A DNA stretch of 64,000 nucleotides from Plasmodiophora brassicae (lineage: Eukaryota). A program made the translations under genes and the position numbers. Under the pieces are notes generated by a model. That model was given only the letters and a program-made list of their open reading frames with translations, was not told the DNA's origin and did no database searches. This document shows, in pieces, positions 22,738-36,215 of this stretch (position 1 is the stretch's first letter; each line of letters opens with the position of its first letter). The DNA lies in the NCBI GenBank assembly GCA_036867785.1, contig CP145417.1:868001-932000 (forward strand), in the 5' to 3' direction.

Positions 22738-25123
22738 TTATGGCGACGACGTGGTGGTCCGCTGGATCTGGATCGGCAGGAGCGCGCACATGTCCCTGCA
22801 GATGGCCAGCTCGTCACGAAACGCGGACACGTCGCGCGCCTTGCCGTCGCAGAACCGGACGATGCTGGCGTACTCGTCCAGGCTGCGTTGCATCCCGGCC
22901 ACGCGTGCGTCGTTGCTGTCCGCGATCGCTTTCGACGTGCTGGCGAGCAGCAGCAGCAGCAGCAGCACACACGGCGGTTAGGGCGCGGTGTATACGGGAT
23001 GACGCGCGCATGGTGCCTACAGGCGGGCGATGTGGAACTTGGCCATCAGGTAGTGCCTGTAGTGTGCCGGGTCGACAGAGGCCTGCTCGCCGTCGCCTTC
23101 CAGCGACTGGACGAATGCGGTGAAGCCGGCGATGGCTTTCGCGATTCTGCAGGTCGGGCCGGGGGCAGTCAGTACCGAGCGGGCCGTGTTTGCGCACGGG
23201 ACGAACAGGTGATTGATCTTCTTCACGCGAGCGGCCTTCGCGGTTGGGGGCAACGCCTCCGCTTGGGTCATCTGAGGACAGTCGAGTGGTCAGGCGCCCA
23301 TCGACAACCCCCGGGGAGGAGGCGAACCTTGATGTCTGCCATGTCGGAACACGCTTCCGCGATTTCGAACGACATTTGGCGCACGAAGTCGGTGTAGACC
23401 TTCGGGTTCAACTTCAGCAGGACGGGCTCCAGCGTGTCGATTCTTCGCTTGTACAGCTTGCTGCACGAGTGCGTCGTTTAGTGGATGGGGCGCGCTCTCC
23501 AACGTCAGCGGCAAACGCGTCACCAAGTCAGAGACGGGTCCCCGGCGAACGCGGCCAGATCCTTCAGTAGGCCGCTGAGTTTCTGCAGCGCGGCAATGGT
23601 GCTCAGCGCTCTCGATAGGTTCGCCCGAACACGGTCACCAACCGACCTGCAGAATGACAACATGATCGCTGACGTAGCCGTCGAGCTTGTAAATGCTCAG
23701 CGCATGCTGCAGGCTGGACATGGCTTTGCGAACGACGGCCTGAGCCTTCTTTGGAATGAATGCGCGCCCTCTGCGAACGTCGCACACAACGTACGTCTTT
23801 CACGTGCTCGATGACATTGAACGGGGGTGGCAGGGGGACGTCCATCTGGTCGAACGTGTCCACCCGCTGATCGAAGGACGACGGTTCTCCCTGCGCTGGA
23901 GGGCGCCGGCGACCACTGGAGAGCTCGAGCGACCTGCGCACGAATCAGCGAGATCGCATGCGGCCGTATAAACGTGAGGCCCATACGCGTGCAGGTATCG
24001 GGCCAGCAGTTCCCCGATTGCACAGCTGATGTCGGCCTCGACATGCAAATGCTGTTCCGACCTGGAACGCCCGGCCCATCAGTTGAGGAGCGCCAGCAGG
24101 CTGTCGACTCGGGCACCACCTGCCGTCGGGCTTGACAGCGATGGCACAATCGATACAGTATTGGGCTTGGCGAAGCCGGTTGCTGCTGATGTAGAACGCC
24201 GATAGCTTGACGCTGTTACTGGCCCATTCCTGGCGCATGACGGCCCCGGTCAGGACCTGTTCGCCTGCTGTCATGGACGCTAGGCACCGACCAGGGCGTT
24301 GATCTGCCGCTGGTCCAGCTGGCGGTTCAGCGTCTGGCGACAGTAGAACGCGGCGTTCTCCGTATCGCCCAGCTGACTGTACACCTGAGCCAGGTAGAAG
24401 AGTGTCTGCGTGTTCAGGGCAAGGGCGCCGTGCGGAACGTCGCCCGACGAGAACGCGGCGTCGTAGACGGCCTTCGCGTCCTCCAGGTGGGTCCTGGCGC
24501 GTGAGGAATCCCCTCGCTGCGACCACTGGATACCGAGAAGGTTGAGACTGGGGCAACCATCAGACAGGGCGGCGCCGGCTGGAGAAGGACGGATTCGTTA
24601 CCCGTGGATCAGCTCGGCATGAAAGACTGTTGGATGCTTCCTTATGGATTCCAACGACGAGACGATCAACAGTTCGCCGGACGAGGATTCCTCCTGCGTG
24701 TCCGCTCAGTCTTCAGCGGACGACCAGGCGCATCCGGCGTGGCAGGTACAGGCCCGACCGTTTCAATCAGGTTGCATCCAAGAAGGCAGTCGAGAAGCGC
24801 GACTGCTAGGGGCGACTCCCCGGATTCCACAAGGTCATTCCTGACCGTTTGCTGGGGGGCGACCCTACAGTTCAGCTACCCGCGTTTGCACCTGTCGAGC
24901 AACAGTACCGACAAGAAGTTTCCTGGCCTCGTATTTCGATTGGAACGGGGCATCGTCCCTGTCGTTTGTGGCGGCAGAAAGGCGCTGGGCTTCCTGCCGC
25001 AGCCATACCCGTTTACAGCGCGTCATCCCGATGTGTTGCAGCGGCCGAATGACGCACCTGGACGCGGCTATCGTCGTCGACCAGGGCGCGCTGCCTCAGG
25101 GCATCCTCGTCGCCGCCTGCCAT
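22738..25123 (-). CDS. KIFBP: KIF-binding protein (KBP) homolog (multi-exon)
   Basis: APFQSKYEARKLL; TLFYLAQVYSQLG...AAFYCRQTLNRQL; EWASNSVKLSAFYI; YLMAKFHIARL; SLDEYASIVRFC...ELAICRDMCALLP match the KBP N- and C-terminal motifs. Confidence 0.85.
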
Positions 25124-25585
25124 CCTCTGTGCCGATCGCTGAAGAATGACGGGCGCCCACCAAGGGGCCCCTGGTGGTTGCGGCTGACGAGTTACACGGG
25201 GCGGCCACAGGCCCCCCGGCCCGAGTCCAAGAGCAGGTGCGCCTCGAGCAGACGAGGCGACACACTGCTGGCCAAGCCATTATACCAGGATACGTCTCGC
25301 AAAGGTCAAGGCGGAACGAAACCAAACGCCCCCACCGACCTGACCATGCGACGGCCGGCACGATCGCGTTACGGGAAGCAGGAACGTTGCTGCACAGCAG
25401 CATGGGTCGGCCACCTGGAACCTATTCAGCGGGTGGTACGCCACCCGAGCTTGACGGCGACACTGGGTCCACCAGTGACGTAGGGTCGTTCTCCTGTGTA
25501 CAGGCAGAGATCGTCAGGTCGTCACAGCCCGCCCAAGTCGAACGGGACGACATTATTGTCTCGGCCGTGTGGCGGACACCGGAAC

Positions 25586-26003
25586 ATGTTGGGGCTCGCG
25601 CTGAGGCGGGCGGGCGGGCCGCGACGCCTGGGGCAGGCGCTCCGGTTCCTGGCGGCGGACGAGGCGAACGGCGGCCCGATGGCGTCGCCGATGCCGGCCG
25701 CCAAGCTGATCGCGGAGGTGCCGCCCATCCAGGTGCACAGCTCGTTCACGGCGGTCTGCGATGGCGGCGGTCAGGCCGCGTGTTGTTCGCGTGCCGCCCG
25801 GGGGTCCCATCGCTCATGAACGGTGTGCTGTGTGGCAGGCGGCCCACTCGGCCATCCAGTTGAGTATATCCAGGTAGGTACGTCGTCGACGACGGCGCCG
25901 ACCCGCCACCTCTGACGGGACACAGTTGGACACGCGCCAGCCCGACAAGATCGAGACCTGCAAGTACTGCGGGCTGAGATTTCAGCACGCCGGCCACCAC
26001 TGA
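25586..26003 (+). CDS. NDUFS6: Complex I NDUFS6 zinc-finger (zf-CHCC) subunit, three exons
   Basis: AAKLIAEVPPIQV...AVCDGG|GGPLGHPVEYIQ|LD...TCKYCGLRF. Confidence 0.93.
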
Positions 26004-26125
26004 CACCAGCACCAGCACCGACAGCAATATACGCCCAGAATTGGATTGTCGCGGCATCGAACCCCTCAACGGCGCGGCCCGGGATACCGACAGTGTGTGG
26101 AATATGCTATTCAGTGTTAGAAGCA

Positions 26126-29100
26126 TCAGTGGATGCGGCTGAGTCGTTCGATCTGCCGGTGCAGGTCGTCTCTCGCCACGCCAACGTCGCCAGCAACCTG
26201 TTTCGAAAGGGCGTCGTCAGACACGTCCGGGAGGCCCCTGTCATGCGCACAGCCACCTTCTGCTGCAGTGCAGGGTCGAGGTCGAGGAACATCTCAATCA
26301 GGTCGCCGTCGACGTAGTTGTGCGACGGGATCACGTCCGAGTAGCCCTCGACGTTCTGGAACGCGCGGCCGAACTCGTGCTTGAACCCTCCAAGCCCACC
26401 GATGAGACCGCGCAGGGACGCCTCGACCCGATTCAGCAACGCATACTGCGACTCGCTTAGGGAAGCGGTCACGCCGATCATGCCCGAAATTGTCCCGAAC
26501 AGGAACTGCGGGCACACGTCCAGGTCCTGGTCAACGATCAGCGACCCTCTCCGGATGGAGTTGACGAACTGGCCCAGGTGGAAACGTCCCACAACGTCCA
26601 GCTGCGCGCGCTGATCGTCCTCGATGGCCTGCACGTTCCGGGCCAGGGTCATGAGGTTGTGCGAGTTGTTGGCGACAATGTACGTCGAGTCGTCCAGCAC
26701 CTGGAGGCAGACGACCCAGTTCTGCGACGCATCGCGTGCGAGCTCGCGCAGCGCAGGCACCGACGAATCGTACGCCATCAACGTCACCGATTTCATCAGG
26801 TCGCCGACAATGAACAGGTCGCCGCACGCCTTCAGATGCGTGGAGAACACCTGCCCGATGTGGCTGCATTCGATGGCGAACGCGCGTATGCCGGCGTCGC
26901 CATCGTCGTCGTCAGCGAGTTCAGCCGCGCGTCTGAACAGGCAGATCTTGTTGTTGATCGTTCCGAGAACGCCGCCACTGAAAGGTTCGACGGCGTAGAC
27001 GCCGCCGTTGACCCGTTTCTGTGTGTCCAGCTGCAATCGTCGACGTTCACTGTCAATTCGGTACGCCATCAACCGCCCTGCGCTCGACTCGTCCTCGTCA
27101 GGCATCTCGAATGCGGTCCCCACTAGGTAGGTTGGCCGAGATTCAGTACCACCCAACTACATGACGCAGCGTTAGGGACCTTACCAATAAAGACGTCGAG
27201 GCCGTCCAGCGTCATCTGCGCCACCGCTGAACCACACTCGAAAGGCAACAGCGGGACGCTTTGAAGCTCCTCGAATGTTTGATCATCGTACAGTTTGATG
27301 TAGCACTGCTCCGGCGGTTCCTCATCACGTTCGATGTTCGCTTCGTCCATAACAGCAAGCGTTAGGACGAGAAGCGTGTGAGACGGCGGGTGGTGCGCGA
27401 TCCGCCGCGGTTGCTGCCGAAGCGGGACCTTGCGAATGTGCCAGCGCTGGACGGCATCGAGCGCGCCAATCGTTACGTCAGAAGGCGACCCGAGGACCAC
27501 GCATGCTTCAGGGAACCCAGGCTCGCCTTCTAGCGGCGCCATGCACGTTACATCTTTCAGATTCACGCTGATGACAGCCAGGTCCCCACCAGCGCCGCTC
27601 GATGGCGCCGAGATCAGGGTGGGCCGGTCGCACGAAACAAACACCTGTTTGGTGCCATGAGATGTGAAAGGCGTGAGCGATACGGGGTGTGTCCCGATAA
27701 TGACGCGCGTTGGGGCGGATAGGCGCGACCCCTTGTCAACTGAGAAGGTAACGACAGACCCATCCCCAAGCCCGCACAGCACGAATATCGGCGCCCGGGC
27801 AGGCCCGAACCGAACAATGGAGATGCTACGGGCGAGATATGGAAGCGAAGCCTGGTCCACAGTTTCCAGATCAGGAAGCGAGAGCAGTGAGACACAACTG
27901 CTAGACCAACTGGCAGTGGCAACAAGTTGAAACTCGTCATCCACGTCGAGGCAAGAGATTTCACGCGACTCGGGCCTGGAGGCATGCTCAACGATGGATC
28001 CATCTTTCCCGACAGAGAGACGCGCCAGGGTGTTGTCGTTCAGCGCAAGAATGATGGTATCCAGCGACGCCTTTGCGTGACAGATGGTGATGTCCGCATC
28101 CATGCCATCACGCATTCGGCCATCATCCCCGCAGGGCTGCCATGTGGACCCACCCACGACACGAACGGATGACGTCGTGCACTGAACAATGCGGTCATCG
28201 CGCATGTTGCCACAATACAGTGTGGGCTCTGTCAGGAAAGGCGACGCCTCACGGTTCTCGATCTCAGCAAACTCAAGGGAAGTCGGCGAGACAAGAGACG
28301 CACGGACAACTCGCGTTTCGGATACGAACGATTGGACAAGGTATGTTGCGTCGGCCGAACGGACAGAAAACAATGCAACGAGGCCACGTACAGGGAGCGA
28401 GGAGTACGCCTCGACCCCAATGCCGTTGCAAATGGTCCGAAGCGACCCGTCAGCGAACGTGCCGGAGCACGTTATAAGCCTGCTCTGTCCGCAGCGGTCT
28501 TGAGGTTTGATGATCGCCATGTCTGTAATCGGACCAATCTGCGGTATGTCCTCAATGACGTCAACGAATTCACCAGACGCGTCGGGCTCGGCCGTAAGGC
28601 GAATCAGCTGTGCGTCACCGAACACCGACCCGACGAACACGAACCCGTTATCCAAGTACGACAGGGACGACTGCGTGAAGAATGTCACAGCCTGATACGG
28701 AGGGCGAATCCCAAACCACACACTTACCGGCTGTGAAACGTGCCCAATCATGTCCAGGTCAATGGTGCCTTCGGTGTCGATGCTAAGAACGAAGAGTCGG
28801 CCGTCGCAGTCACCAACGAGGTAACGCGAGCCGTCCTCGTCAATGCGACCAACGGCCTTGACGGCCGCGCCGCTCGTCGTCGTCGAATAGGAACGCTTCC
28901 CGTCGATGTGACACGTGATCGACGTGTCTGAGAAGATCAGTGCACCGCCCCGCGGTAACGGCAGCGCTTCAATCTTCGATGCGGTGGCCTGCACTGGGAA
29001 GTCCCACGTACTGCGCTTGAGGTCCCTCATCTCCAAGTCGACCGTGTACGAACGAAGGTGCCGGGCATGGCGCGTATCTTCGAAGAGGACGAGAAGCGTG

Positions 29101-29630
29101 ATCGGGTCCTTCGGGTCGACATGCAGGAAGCACATCGCGACGAGCTGGAGCTCGTCCAGACGCATGTTGAACGCGGTCCCGAATCGCGTTCCGCCTTCCG
29201 AAAGGGGGACCACCTTAAGCAAGCCATCGTAGGCATGCATAGCAAGGACCCTGCACGTCGGGTCGACCTCGGCATGGAGGCCATTGTCAGTCAATCGCCC
29301 GATCTTGTCCGCACAGCTGCCCGACGCTTTCGTGACGATCTGTCGGGTCGCCTCGTCATACGCGATGACCGCGAACTGCAGCCGCTCCGTCACGATGACG
29401 ACCCAGTCGCGATCCGACCGTCTCGGACGATACGGGCGCAGGACGGCCAGCCGCCCGAACACGGGCAGGTCGGCCTCCAGCCGCAGCGACGACTTCGTCA
29501 GCGCGTACACCTGGAACCGCGTGCACCGCCCCAGCACGAGGTTCCGCTCGCCGGTGAAATCGCAGACGGCGGCATGCGTCACCGCCGTCGGCGCCAGCGC
29601 CGTCACCACGTACTGATACGGCGTCGCCAT
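26126..29630 (-). CDS. DDB1: DNA damage-binding protein 1
   Basis: YQYVVTALAPTAV; YDGLLKVVP; AFNMRLDEL; DGSRYLVGD..GRL; YLDNGFVFVGSVFGDAQLI; LITCSG...GSLR.ICNGIG; FIVGDLMKSV; FHLGQFVN..RRGSL; YVDGDLIEMFLDL; ends LSRIH*. Confidence 0.97.
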
Positions 29631-29851
29631 TCCACCAACGCACGCGACGCCCAGCTACGGACCACTGAGCAAAAACCAACTGCACTGCTCGGCATTTCTA
29701 CACGCGGCCGGCGACTCGAATGAAGCGCAGGTCGTCACTTCGACGCCTTTTCCGACCGTTTTCTGGTTGGCCGTCGTTCCAGGGGAATGTTCCCGAACGG
29801 GGGGGTGCACACACGATGACGCGAATGGGCATTTTGTTCCCGGCGCTGTGT

Positions 29852-30542
29852 TCAGGCGACGGGTTCGGTGAGCTGCGGGAAGACGCGGAGGGCGGCGGGG
29901 AGTTCGTGCTCCTGCAGGATGCGGTCGTGGAAGTAGACGCGCCGGAGGCGGCAGTTGGCGAAGACGCGGACGCGGATGGCGTGTCGCAGGCGGGTGCCGA
30001 ATAGACGATGGGCGAGCGTGTCCAGGTCGAGCGTCACGCAGTTCCATCCCGAGGCGAGCCGCATGGGCAGGGTCGCGATATCGTTCTTGCACCTGCCCAG
30101 GCAGTCAGTACGGCCCCGGTTCCCGTCCAGCGCAACGGGTGCACCTGGCTAGCGACTGGGCCGACGATGAACGAATCGTTCGTTTGACACCCTGGGAGTC
30201 CTCGATTTCGACCTCGAACGCGACGAACTTGTCCATACTCTTCAGATGCAGAGTCATGAACTTGAACGGTGTCCCAATTATCTTCGATTCGTCGGGGAAC
30301 GACATTGCCACCTTGTAGTACGTATCGCATTTCAGCTCAACCACCTCGCTCCTCAGCTGTAGGTCGTCGGTGATCATGATCTCGGCAAGAGCGCTATCCA
30401 CAACTGTCGGGCCATTGCGTCCCATCAGCAACAGCGTCGTTCCGGCGCTAACGTGCATGCGTGGACCTTCTGATTCCCATCCTGTGAAGTCGAAGCCATC
30501 CTGGAGCCCGAACGGCAGGACAGAGAAGACGTGATCTGCCAT
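29852..30542 (-). CDS. CFAP20/DUF667-family protein (divergent)
   Basis: ITDDLQLRSEVVEL; IGTPFKFMTLHLKSMDKFVAFEVEIED..GVKRTIRSS; LPMRLASGWN; RVRVFANCRLRRVYFHDR...ELP. Confidence 0.85.
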
Positions 30543-30607
30543 GGTATGGAAGGCGTCGTTAACGCTTCTGCAGGTACGGTCAATGATCGGCCGGTAAACT
30601 ACATGGT

Positions 30608-31786
30608 TTATGAATGTTTCCAGTAGGCATCGCAAGCTCCAGGAAGCAGGAACCGGAACCGAGTCGGGTTCCTGGCAACATGGTCGGGTACGTGGTTGTT
30701 CCCCGTTTTCGGGACGACCCGCATTTGGCACGCCATGCTGTGGAACGTGAATGCTTCGGGTAGGAACCCGAACATGTCCTCGCCCATGCATATCTTCCTG
30801 CGGATCTCGTCCTCGTCCAGCAGGTGCTGCGAGTGGATACGATCCGAATGCGAGTACCCCAGCATCTTCTGCCGTACCATGTCGACGGTCGGGAAGCACG
30901 ACGAACAGTGCCACCCGGCGTCGCCCAACATCGCATCCGTCAGGTACCTGAACCGGGCCACGAGATCCTTATCGGGGAACCTCCCGATCACACTGACGGT
31001 GGATCGACGCGTCAATTCAGGGTAGACCGGAAAACCGAAACTATGAACGCATGACCATCAACTTCTAGACGAATGCTTGCATGCGCCTGTGTACCTGTAT
31101 CGGTAGTTGTCCATCTGGAGGTGAATTCGTGACCCAAAGTCACAATCGCGAAGCAGCTTGATGGAGTCGAGCCTTGGCAGTTCGTCGAGGTCGCTGAAGA
31201 TGAACAGGTCGCCGTCAACGGCACCCGCCTTTCGGGTCTCCCTGATCGCGTGCGAACGCATGGCGTCTTCGACAGGGAACCCGGGCTCTAGATCGTCGTT
31301 GCAGATGTCAACAAGGGCATAATGGATCTTGGCGCGAAACGGCCTGAACTCATCCGAGTCAAGGTGGTCGGCCAGCAGGGTCGCTTTCGGCTGACGGTTG
31401 AATGTGCACTTCGCCTCGATGACGACGAACCGATCAACGACGACGTCGAGTTCGTTCAGGCGGATTTCGAGCATGGGCGTCTCCATGTTGAACACAACGA
31501 CGTCGAACACGCGAGGCGCCGGCCCAGACCGAGCTGCCCAGCCGTGCAAAGGACAGTATAGCTCTGGGTCCCCAGGTTTCGTACCAAAGTTCGTCACCGT
31601 CTTCCAACGCGTCGACTCAGTGTCGGAATCCCACAACGGCCGGGTCAAGTGCGTCACATAGTGAAAGATCAAGAATGCGTTCAGAGCAGCGACAACGGCC
31701 AGGATTATAACCGTGGGGATCATGATAGCTCGAAAGTTCGCCTTGAACCATCGATGATTGAGCGAGCAGTTGTAAATCGAAATCAT
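30608..31786 (-). CDS. GT17 beta-1,4-N-acetylglucosaminyltransferase (MGAT3-like), tandem copy 1
   Basis: Type II TM anchor, THLTRPLWD, CPLHGW, RVFDVVVFNME..MLEIRLNEL, DLFIFSDLDELP, intron, DAGWHCSSCF, KMLGYSHSDR, ICMGEDMFGFLPEAFTF, FRFLLPG.C. Confidence 0.92.
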
Positions 31787-32239
31787 GAAATGGTATTCCG
31801 GGGGGTAGCCCCGTGCGACGCGACAACGACCACAACAGTCAACGACGTTATGTGCCGATCGTTTCGGGCGACTACCTAGTTCACGTGCCCTCGTGCCCAC
31901 GTGTGTCGCGTGCCACCTCCTAACTATCTGTACTGCCGGGACGACCCCAACCGAAGACGTTTGACCGGAATGATGCGCAATAGAAGAAAGTGATATCGAG
32001 GCGCAAGGCGCTGGTACTGAGCAGTCACCTGGACAACGTTGCCGGCCACAGGCAATAATCGTACGATGGAGCTGGCTGTCTGACGCCGCCACCTAATGGA
32101 GACGATCGGGTCCAAATTGCATTCTCGCTGACAATCCCTTTTCCTCCATTGTTCATCATCCACCTTCACCCCGGCGTACACTCAAGCGCCCAGTCGTCGC
32201 GAGTGCACCGACAATGACCATCTGCATTCGCCTCGATAT

Positions 32240-32261
32240 GGGGGGGGGGGGGGGGGGGGGG
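32240..32261. repeat. Poly-G tract (~22 nt)
   Basis: Homopolymer between the two GT17 paralogs. Confidence 0.9.
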
Positions 32262-32370
32262 CAACGCAAATCGCTGATCGCATATGCCATCGACTGCAAC
32301 AACGAACGCGCTGCGTCTGGGTGGCATATCCGCATGTCGCCAGACTGACAGCGCCCCTATGGTTGACGGT

Positions 32371-33552
32371 TTATGAATGTTTCCAGTAGGCATCGCAAGC
32401 TCCAGGAAGCAGGAACCGGAACCGCGTCGGGTTCCTGGCAACATGGTCGGGGACGTGGCTGTCCCCCGTTTTCGGGACGATCCGCATTTGGCACGCCAGG
32501 CTGTGGAACGTGTACCCTTCGGGTAGGAACTCGAACATGTCCTCGCCCGTGCACATCTTCCTGCGGATCTCGTCCTCGTCCAGCAGGTGCTGCGAGTGGA
32601 TACGATCCGAATGCGAGTACCCCAGCATCTTCTGCCGTACCATGTCGACGGTCGGGAAGCACCACGAACAGTGCCACCCGGCGTCGCCCAACTGCGCATC
32701 CGTCAGGTACCCGAACCGGGCCACGAGATCCTTATCGGGGAACCTCCCGATCACACTGACGGTGGATCGATGCGTCGATTCAGGGTAGGCCGGCAAACCG
32801 AAACTATGAACGCATGATCATCAACTTCTAGACGAATGCTTGCATGCGCCTGTGTACCTGTATCGGTAGTTGTCCAGCTGAAGGTGAATTCGTGGCCCAA
32901 AGTCACAGCTACGAAGCAGCTTGATGGAGTCGAGCCTTGGCAGTTCGTCGAGGTCACTGAAGATGAAAAGGTCACCGTCAACGGCACCGGCTTGTCGTGT
33001 CTCCCTGATCGCGTGCGAACGTATGGCGCCTTCGACAGGGAACCCGGGCTCTAGATCGTCGTTGCAAATGTCAACAAGGACGTAGTGGATCTTGGCGCGG
33101 AACGCCCTGAACTCGTCCGAGTCGAGATGGTCGGCCAGCAGGCTCGATTTCGGCTGGCGGTTGAACGTGCATTTGGCCTCGATGACGACGAACTTGTCGA
33201 CGACGGCGTCGAGTTCGTTCAGACGGATTTCGAGCATGTGCGTCTCCATGTTGAACACAAAGACGTCGAACACGCGAGGCGCCGGCCCAGACCGAGCTGC
33301 CCAGCCGTGCAAAGGACAGTATAGCTCTGGGTCCCCAGGTTTCGTACCAAAGTTCGTCACCGTCTTCCAACGCGTCTCCTCACTGTTCGAATCCCACAAC
33401 GGCCGCGTCAAGTACGTCACCCGGTGCACGATCATGAATGCGTTGAGCGTCACGACCGTGACGAGGACGGCGACGACGGTGACGATGACGACGACGCGAT
33501 AGTTGCTTCGCAGCCAGCGCCCAGAACGGGAACAGTGTGGATTCGGAAGCAT
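32371..33552 (-). CDS. GT17 beta-1,4-N-acetylglucosaminyltransferase (MGAT3-like), tandem copy 2
   Basis: Nearly the same catalytic domain and intron position as copy 1, with a diverged N-terminal anchor. Confidence 0.92.
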
Positions 33553-33765
33553 GTTTCGATGTTTCCTGCGAACATGTGACCGCGTTGGTCGGGATCCGAC
33601 AGCGGACGTGAGTCACGGGGTATCCGTGAAATCCTCACCGGCGTCGCACACGGCGCCCCGATCTCAACCGGACACGCAGATACAAAGCGGCGCGCGCGCC
33701 GATTCCTCGGCGCAGAACAGCGGAACGCGCAGTTGTATTCAGGATGCGCCAGCGTGGTCATCAAC

Positions 33766-35169
33766 CTACGCTTGGAGCAGCGCAAAGGCACGCGCCCAGG
33801 AATCCCGAGACATCACCGACTCGAAGCGCGACGCACTGAGCAGCCGGGCAAGGTTCAGGGCAGAGTGCATGCCGGATTCGGACGTCTTGTTGTCCACGAA
33901 ATCGCGCTCGGCGACGGTGGCGATCTCGCTGGGGATCTCGACATTCATCTGGCGAGCAGTTGACAGGTACAGCCGCCACCGAGACAACGTGTCCTCGTCG
34001 ACGTCGTCTACGACGGCCGATTCGGGGACGGGTGCGGTCGTACCGACAGCGACCGAGCGAACAGTGTGGACGAGCGTCTTCGATTCGGGCGCCACGACCA
34101 GGACGGGAATGTCGACGCTGAATTCGACATCGTACATGAAATTGTACGCCAGCACCTGCGAATGGGCAATCGAATTGATTGTTCGCAGATTGGCGAGCGC
34201 GTTGGCGGGGAGATTGCCCTCGGTCATGACGGTCTGGTCGACGATCAGAGCGGTGCCGGAAGCCAACTGCAACGGCCCAGGAACGAGCACGTCCGTTTCG
34301 TAGTCCATGCGAGGGCACAGAGTCTCAGGTGATGTCAGCGACGCAATCGACAATGGGAACATTGTCGAATGTGGACGAAGGAGTTGGTATAGCTCGAGAA
34401 TCCGCCGCGGCAGAACCGACGTCGCCTCATCCGTCATCGGGCGGAAATGAAGGGGAAGACTCCCAATGCAGACCTTCCGCGGGCGCGAATGCACGCGCGA
34501 TACCATGTGAAGCAGAAGGTACTCGCCGGCCGTAGTGCACCCGAGGTTTCTGCCGAGGAACGCGATGATCTCGTTGCGAACCTCCTCGACCGATTGCGTC
34601 AGGACGCGCTCCGGGTCGAGGTGGTCCAGTGCCTCGAAAGGTTCGTAGTGGACGCAATGCACAACCGGTTGCTGTCCAAGGCCTTCACCTCGGATGCCGA
34701 CGATGTCAACAGCGTCCCCGACCTTAGGCATGTCTTTCGCACTGGTGAACTTGATGATCGTGTTGACGTCCACTGACGTATCACCAGCCCATGGGGCGCT
34801 GTGGGGAATCGGTGCCAGTATTGCCAGTTCCCGAACGAAAACGCGCGCGTCGTCATCGGCATCCAGCGAAGGCGGCGGCAACCGGTCCCGGTACTTCCCG
34901 GTGCACAGTTTCCCGTTCCCGTCACGATACACGCCCATGTAGAACTCATTGCCAGCCGTCGACGTGATCAACCCGCGAACCCGCACGAGGGCGCCCTCGC
35001 CGTCCGGCAGCGACCGACGCAGCTGGCGCGCTGCCGCCTGCAGCAGCGCCGTCTCGCCCCATTCCTCGGCCTCGGCCTGCTCCGACCGGGACGCCCTCGC
35101 GAACGCCTCGTCGATCACGCCCAGCGGGGCGCGCGCCACTGCATCCAGATCCCGTTCCCCGAATGTCAT
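33766..35169 (-). CDS. MCMBP: Mini-chromosome maintenance complex-binding protein
   Basis: LVRVRGLI...EFYMGVY...KYRD; PIPHSAPW; AGEYLLLHMVSRV; PRMDYETDVLVPGPLQLASGTALIVDQTVMTEGNL...LANL; LARLLSAS. Confidence 0.9.
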   Translation of the reverse strand: MTFGERDLDAVARAPLGVIDEAFARASRSEQAEAEEWGETALLQAAARQLRRSLPDGEGALVRVRGLITSTAGNEFYMGVYRDGNGKLCTGKYRDRLPPPSLDADDDARVFVRELAILAPIPHSAPWAGDTSVDVNTIIKFTSAKDMPKVGDAVDIVGIRGEGLGQQPVVHCVHYEPFEALDHLDPERVLTQSVEEVRNEIIAFLGRNLGCTTAGEYLLLHMVSRVHSRPRKVCIGSLPLHFRPMTDEATSVLPRRILELYQLLRPHSTMFPLSIASLTSPETLCPRMDYETDVLVPGPLQLASGTALIVDQTVMTEGNLPANALANLRTINSIAHSQVLAYNFMYDVEFSVDIPVLVVAPESKTLVHTVRSVAVGTTAPVPESAVVDDVDEDTLSRWRLYLSTARQMNVEIPSEIATVAERDFVDNKTSESGMHSALNLARLLSASRFESVMSRDSWARAFALLQA

Positions 35170-35404
35170 CAGGACCCCCACCCGACGAACGCCCTGGACT
35201 GCACCGCCTCGTTCGGGACTCCGCCGCACCAAAAGACGACGGGTCACTCTGCAGGTGGCCATCGTGGCATGCGCTGTTGCAGACTACGGTCTGCACAATA
35301 CCCTGCTCCCGGTGTGACGAATATGGGACACACGTGCCAGAAGGCGTCACATGACGCGGCGGCCCAATACAAGGTGCCCAACGACACGACGCCCAACGTC
35401 GCCT

Positions 35405-35710
35405 TTGGATGCAGTCGACCATGAGCTGGTCGATCTGCGTCGGATTGCTGTCAACCGTGGTTTCAGGTCGTGGACGCCGGTGGAGGGCGTGCCCTTGGCG
35501 CGCTCGCCGGTCGATATGACGAAGACTTGAACGACCGTATAGCCGGCGCCGGCGATTTCATTGAGCAATGTGCCGCGATCTGGATTCCGGATGCTGTAGG
35601 TAGATGAAGTAGGAGTTCGTCCCCGACCAGTTCGCATCCGTCCATATGGGTGCGACCGCCCCTATCAACGCCAGGAACACCCCGATCGCAGGGCTGGACG
35701 ATATGGCGAA
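35405..35710 (-). pseudogene. 5' fragment of the GH5 glycoside hydrolase
   Basis: Matches 58020-58327 (ANWSGTNSYF...PDRGTLLNEIAGAGY...GVHDL) with frameshifts, truncated at ...MVDCI. Confidence 0.85.
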
Positions 35711-36215
35711 GATATCCTAGTTGTGGACACTGCCGCTCATCAGACCGGATGAACTGACGAACGAGATCCAGAAATATATCATTTACGCTCGTGCTGTGAT
35801 GGATTAGAAACGAATGAACAGTACATACGTTAACGTCGTGGCCAAGAGGCGGACCTGGTCTTCAAATGCAGGGTCGCCATCGGCAATTGCAGTATGACAG
35901 ACGTCCAAAGCGACGGGGCGAACAGGCAGCGTGATGGGGCGATAGAGGCCATCGAAGTTATGGCAACGATGAACTGAAGCCCATTATGATCAGGCCAAGA
36001 AACTCGATCGCCAGGCGCAATGGGTGCCCGGCGATGTGCCTAAGCCAAGCCGCCGACATCGCCCGGCCCGGTTGTGACCGCAGATCTGGGAATCGGTCGA
36101 CAGCGATTGGGGGAATATCTGCCATCGCTCGGCTCAAGTGTGCTATTCGGCTGCCCGAAGCACGACGGCCATCCCCGGAGCAATACTGCAATGTTATATG
36201 GATGGATACACATTG

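Noticed and set aside
21458-22789. 443-aa minus-strand ORF
   Set aside because: Antisense shadow of the GC-rich P5CR and release-factor genes
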